In this document: positions 60,982 to 64,000 of the stretch, one piece after another
Layout of the letters: every line of letters starts with the position of its first letter
Numbering within the stretch: the first letter of the stretch is position 1
NCBI GenBank assembly: GCA_963771075.1
Contig: CAVYSE010000018.1
Span: 160,001-224,000 of the forward strand
Reading direction: 5' to 3'
DNA length: 64,000 nucleotides
Source of the DNA: a candidate division FCPU426 bacterium
GTDB taxonomy: Bacteria; Oederibacteriota; Muellerivitia; Muellerivitales; Muellerivitaceae
Position numbers and translations under genes: made by a program
The notes under the pieces: model-generated
What the model was told of the DNA's origin: nothing
What the model saw: only the letters and a program-made list of their open reading frames with translations
Databases searched by the model: none

Positions 60982-62003
60982 GGGGTCAGTCATCAATTAT
61001 TAATATTTACAAGTTGGAGGCAATCGGTTAGCTTGTCGGGGCTATGAGAAAACCTAGACTTCTTTATCTCGGCGGCTTGTACCACGTGATTGCCAGGGGA
61101 AATCAAAGGCAAAAAACATTTTTGGCCAAGGTTGATTTTCTTAAATATCTGGAACTATTAGGCGAGCATTTGGAAACGCGTGAAATAAGGCTTTATGCCT
61201 ATTGCCTGATGCCCAACCATGTTCATCTGTTGGTAGAACAAGCCGGTGATTATCCCTTGTCCCGGTATATGCATCGGCTCCAAACGGCTTATACCCAATT
61301 CTTCAACCGGACCCATAAGAAAGTAGGCCATCTTTTTCAGGGTCGGTATAAGGCCATATTGGTGGACAAGGATTCATATCTGTTGGAATTGGTTCGATAC
61401 ATTGGGTTGAATCCGTTCAGGGCGAAATTGGAGGAAAAGCCGGGAATATATCCCTGGACCAGCCACCAACAATATTTGGGCCGAGAGAATAAGCCATTGG
61501 CGAAAGTGGAAGTTGAACCAGTTTTGGCTCTTTTCAGCAAAATGAAGAAAGAAGCCCAAAAGGCCTATTTGAGGTTCGTCAAGGAAGGCATGGGGGAAGG
61601 CCATCGGGAGGATTTGTATGATGTCCGGCAGGGACATATTTTGGGGGACCAGGAATTCGAACAAAAAGCGCATCAAAAGGCCCAACGTCCGCTGTCAGGT
61701 GCGAGTTTGAAGGTGAAGAAAACATTACCTGAAATATGGAAAGTACTTTTGAAACGGGAAGGGCATAGTGAAGATCCGACAGGCCATCGCCGAAGCCGTT
61801 TAATGGAAGAAGCGGCCTATCTAGCGTTTGAGGGTTGTGGGATAAGCCAAAGAGAGATAGGGGTATATTTTGGGAAAAATCAAAGCGCAGTCAGCCAGGC
61901 CATTAGGCGTTTGGAGATGAAGTGGAAAGAACAGCCCGGGGAAAAGGAGAAGTGGTTTCGATGGGCGCGACATTTAGAATATTAATATATGATGACTGAC
62001 CCC
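60982..62003 (+). mobile_element. 1022-bp element: RAYT-type HUH transposase gene between 26-bp terminal inverted repeats
   Basis: ggggtcagtcatcaattattaatatt (60982-61007) and aatattaatatatgatgactgacccc (61978-62003), 24/26 complementary. Confidence 0.85.
61044..61985 (+). CDS. REP-associated tyrosine transposase (Y1 HUH) with C-terminal HTH
   Basis: YHVIARGN, AYCLMPNHVHLL (HUH), GHLFQGRY, RYI.LNP, YPWTS; tail SQREIG.YFG..QSAVSQ. Confidence 0.92.
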   Translation: MRKPRLLYLGGLYHVIARGNQRQKTFLAKVDFLKYLELLGEHLETREIRLYAYCLMPNHVHLLVEQAGDYPLSRYMHRLQTAYTQFFNRTHKKVGHLFQGRYKAILVDKDSYLLELVRYIGLNPFRAKLEEKPGIYPWTSHQQYLGRENKPLAKVEVEPVLALFSKMKKEAQKAYLRFVKEGMGEGHREDLYDVRQGHILGDQEFEQKAHQKAQRPLSGASLKVKKTLPEIWKVLLKREGHSEDPTGHRRSRLMEEAAYLAFEGCGISQREIGVYFGKNQSAVSQAIRRLEMKWKEQPGEKEKWFRWARHLEY

Positions 62004-62163
62004 GTTCACCCGTTCATGTGGAGATCATTTCGGATAAATCTCAAATACGGGTGGCTTCTTGTGAGCCGTCCGATGGTTACTTGAAGTTTTATCCACCGAT
62101 TGAATATTTCGACATTAAGGCAAGGGTAACCAAGAAGAATAAGAAGTCTTAATTCTTCTTTTG

Positions 62164-62246
62164 GGGGGAAGGTCTTCCCCCTGGCCTCCGCTACCTTCGG
62201 TGATCCTCGGCACACCCCTTTCGCCTGGGGCTTTGCCCCAAACCCC
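62164..62246. repeat. Cluster of short GC-rich palindromes
   Basis: gggggaag-gt-cttccccc and tggggc-ttt-gcccca-aacccc. Confidence 0.5.
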
Positions 62247-62270
62247 TAAATTAAGTTAGGAATAATTAAC

Positions 62271-62819
62271 ATGAACGCATTTGAACAGATCGTATCCGAC
62301 ATCATGCAAAGAAAGGGTTACTGGACTCGAATCGGGTACAAGATTGAACTCAAGAAAGAAGAAAAGGTGGCAATAGGAACCCCGTCTATGCCCGACCTTG
62401 AAATAGATGTGTTGGCCTATAAGGCCAAGACAAATGAACTAATATGGATTGAGTGCAAATCTTATCTAGATTCAACGGGGGTTCGTTTCGAGGACTTGCT
62501 ACCAGATGGCAAAAACGCATCGAGGTATAAAATATTCACGGATAAAAACCGTAGAGAAATTGCCTCGGATGCTCTTAAAACGCAGTTGGTGAATGAAGGA
62601 TTCGCGAATCCAAATCTTACGGTGAAACACTGGCTTGTAGCTGGAAAAGTGGTTTCCAAAGACCAAGAAAAACTAGAAAAGCATTTTGTTGATCAAGGTT
62701 GGGAGTTGAAAAATCATGAATGGCTATTAACGGAATTAAAGGAAATATCGAAGGGCAGTTGGGACGACAATGTTGCTTCAACCGTGGCAAAGCTTTTTTA
62801 TCGAAATCAGAAAGAATGA
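62271..62819 (+). CDS. PD-(D/E)XK restriction-endonuclease-like protein
   Basis: FEQ.V, EIDVLAY and IECKSY catalytic pattern. Confidence 0.7.
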   Translation: MNAFEQIVSDIMQRKGYWTRIGYKIELKKEEKVAIGTPSMPDLEIDVLAYKAKTNELIWIECKSYLDSTGVRFEDLLPDGKNASRYKIFTDKNRREIASDALKTQLVNEGFANPNLTVKHWLVAGKVVSKDQEKLEKHFVDQGWELKNHEWLLTELKEISKGSWDDNVASTVAKLFYRNQKE

Positions 62820-62859
62820 AAACAGGAAACCTTTGAAACTGAAAATTAGGAAAAAATAA

Positions 62860-63909
62860 ATGGAAAAATGTTTATTTTGCGATTCGGACTGCACAGTGAA
62901 GATGGAGGTGGCAAACACTGGCTCTGCACCACGACCTTATTTGTGGGTCGGGTGTTCCTTTTGTGGGGATTACTTTTTTTCGGAGACCTTGATGGGGGAA
63001 ATTTCTGCCCGTCGTCAATCAATGTCGCCGCAAAGTAAGGTGAATTGCTCCTTTCGTTGTTTGAATATCAAGGGGGAACATATTGGAACGGGAGGGTTAA
63101 AACCTTATCCCTTTTGGACAACGAGGGCAGAATATGACGCTCTTATGGCGACGAAATCTTCTAATGACGTTGTGCTGATAATAGAAGATGTTGAATTTGA
63201 ATTCGTCGATCATGCGGAAAAACCATTCGTTTTTTTGGAAATGATTGCTAGAAATTTGGAGCACAAAGGGGCTTTTGAATATTTTAATTTTAATAAAAAG
63301 CACTTAACGTTGGCAAAAATTGGAACAGAAAATGAGCTTCAGAAAATTATTCATTTTCTTTTGGAAAAGAATTATGTAAGTTCTGGAAAACTTGGCCACG
63401 CTTTACTAGAACAGCTCAACGAAATTATGCATAGCAAAGGGTTGAATCTAACTGTGGGTGGGTGGGCGGCAGTAAAAGAGAGAAATTCTGGAATTAATTC
63501 CAAAAAGGTATTTATTGCCATTAAGTTTGAGTGGCCAACGGCTGAGGAACCTTTGCGTCTGGAAGTGTTACGGGCTATTCAGGAAGCTTGCGATGCAAAC
63601 GGATTTGTTGCCCAAATTGTAAACCAAAATACAACCGGGTACATTACAGACCAAATTATTGCTGATATTAAAAATTCTCGGTTTTTAATCGCGGAATATA
63701 CACATCATAATCATGGGGTTTATTACGAGGCTGGTTTTGCAAAAGGCCTTGGAAAATCTGTTTTTAACTTGGTAAGAGAAGATCATGAAAAAGATTTCCA
63801 TTTTGATGTACGTCAAGTTAACCGGCGCACCTGGACTACGGCCACTGATTTAAAGGACAAGCTTCGATCCTGGATTGCAGCTTCTGCCGCAGAAAACAGT
63901 TTGAGGTAA
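62860..63909 (+). CDS. Zn-finger/helical protein with C-terminal nucleoside 2-deoxyribosyltransferase-like domain
   Basis: CxxC...CxxC N-terminus; KVFIAIKF...I.ADIKNSRFLIAE.T..N.GVYYEAGFA.GLGK. Confidence 0.7.
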   Translation: MEKCLFCDSDCTVKMEVANTGSAPRPYLWVGCSFCGDYFFSETLMGEISARRQSMSPQSKVNCSFRCLNIKGEHIGTGGLKPYPFWTTRAEYDALMATKSSNDVVLIIEDVEFEFVDHAEKPFVFLEMIARNLEHKGAFEYFNFNKKHLTLAKIGTENELQKIIHFLLEKNYVSSGKLGHALLEQLNEIMHSKGLNLTVGGWAAVKERNSGINSKKVFIAIKFEWPTAEEPLRLEVLRAIQEACDANGFVAQIVNQNTTGYITDQIIADIKNSRFLIAEYTHHNHGVYYEAGFAKGLGKSVFNLVREDHEKDFHFDVRQVNRRTWTTATDLKDKLRSWIAASAAENSLR

Positions 63910-64000
63910 AACATGTGTATCTGTTACCAACTAAAACTGCTTAAGGAACGATGATATGAACATTGATTTAAAAATGAATGAAACAAACCAAGCCTCAGTC

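Noticed and set aside
59460..64000. Integron cassette array
   Set aside because: A GTTAGGA occurs near 62255, but no matching RYYYAAC/attC palindromes recur between genes, some genes overlap, and no integrase is present.
63956..64000. ORF start running off the window
   Set aside because: Only 15 codons visible; not enough to call.

Overview
Chromosomal window from a GC-rich diderm bacterium. The gene repertoire (Thr/Pro-linker exoproteins with FlgD-Ig/T9SS-like C-terminal domains, PorV-like barrel+TPR proteins, a GT-C glycosyltransferase) resembles uncultured lineages such as FCPU426/Firestonebacteria; this placement is inference only. Bases 1-57 kb are core-like. They hold five CTD-bearing exoproteins, two of which sit in apparent operons of the form cargo > PorV-like/TPR > signal transducer (one partner-switching module, one two-component pair). 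They also hold gltX with tRNA-Gln(CTG), an ABC-F ATPase, several oxidoreductases, otsB, pcm and an M16 peptidase pair. Downstream of tRNA-Glu(CTC) at 57143-57217 lies an accessory island. It starts with iterated tRNA-3'-end/terminator/hairpin units and continues with gene fragments, an MNT-HEPN pair, AT-rich hypotheticals, a RAYT-type HUH transposase bounded by 26-bp terminal inverted repeats, a PD-(D/E)XK nuclease and a nucleoside-deoxyribosyltransferase-like protein. Five single-base frameshifts, one in essential gltX, point to indel sequencing errors. No CRISPR array, rRNA, integrase or reverse transcriptase was seen. All family calls come from reading motifs by eye, not from database searches.
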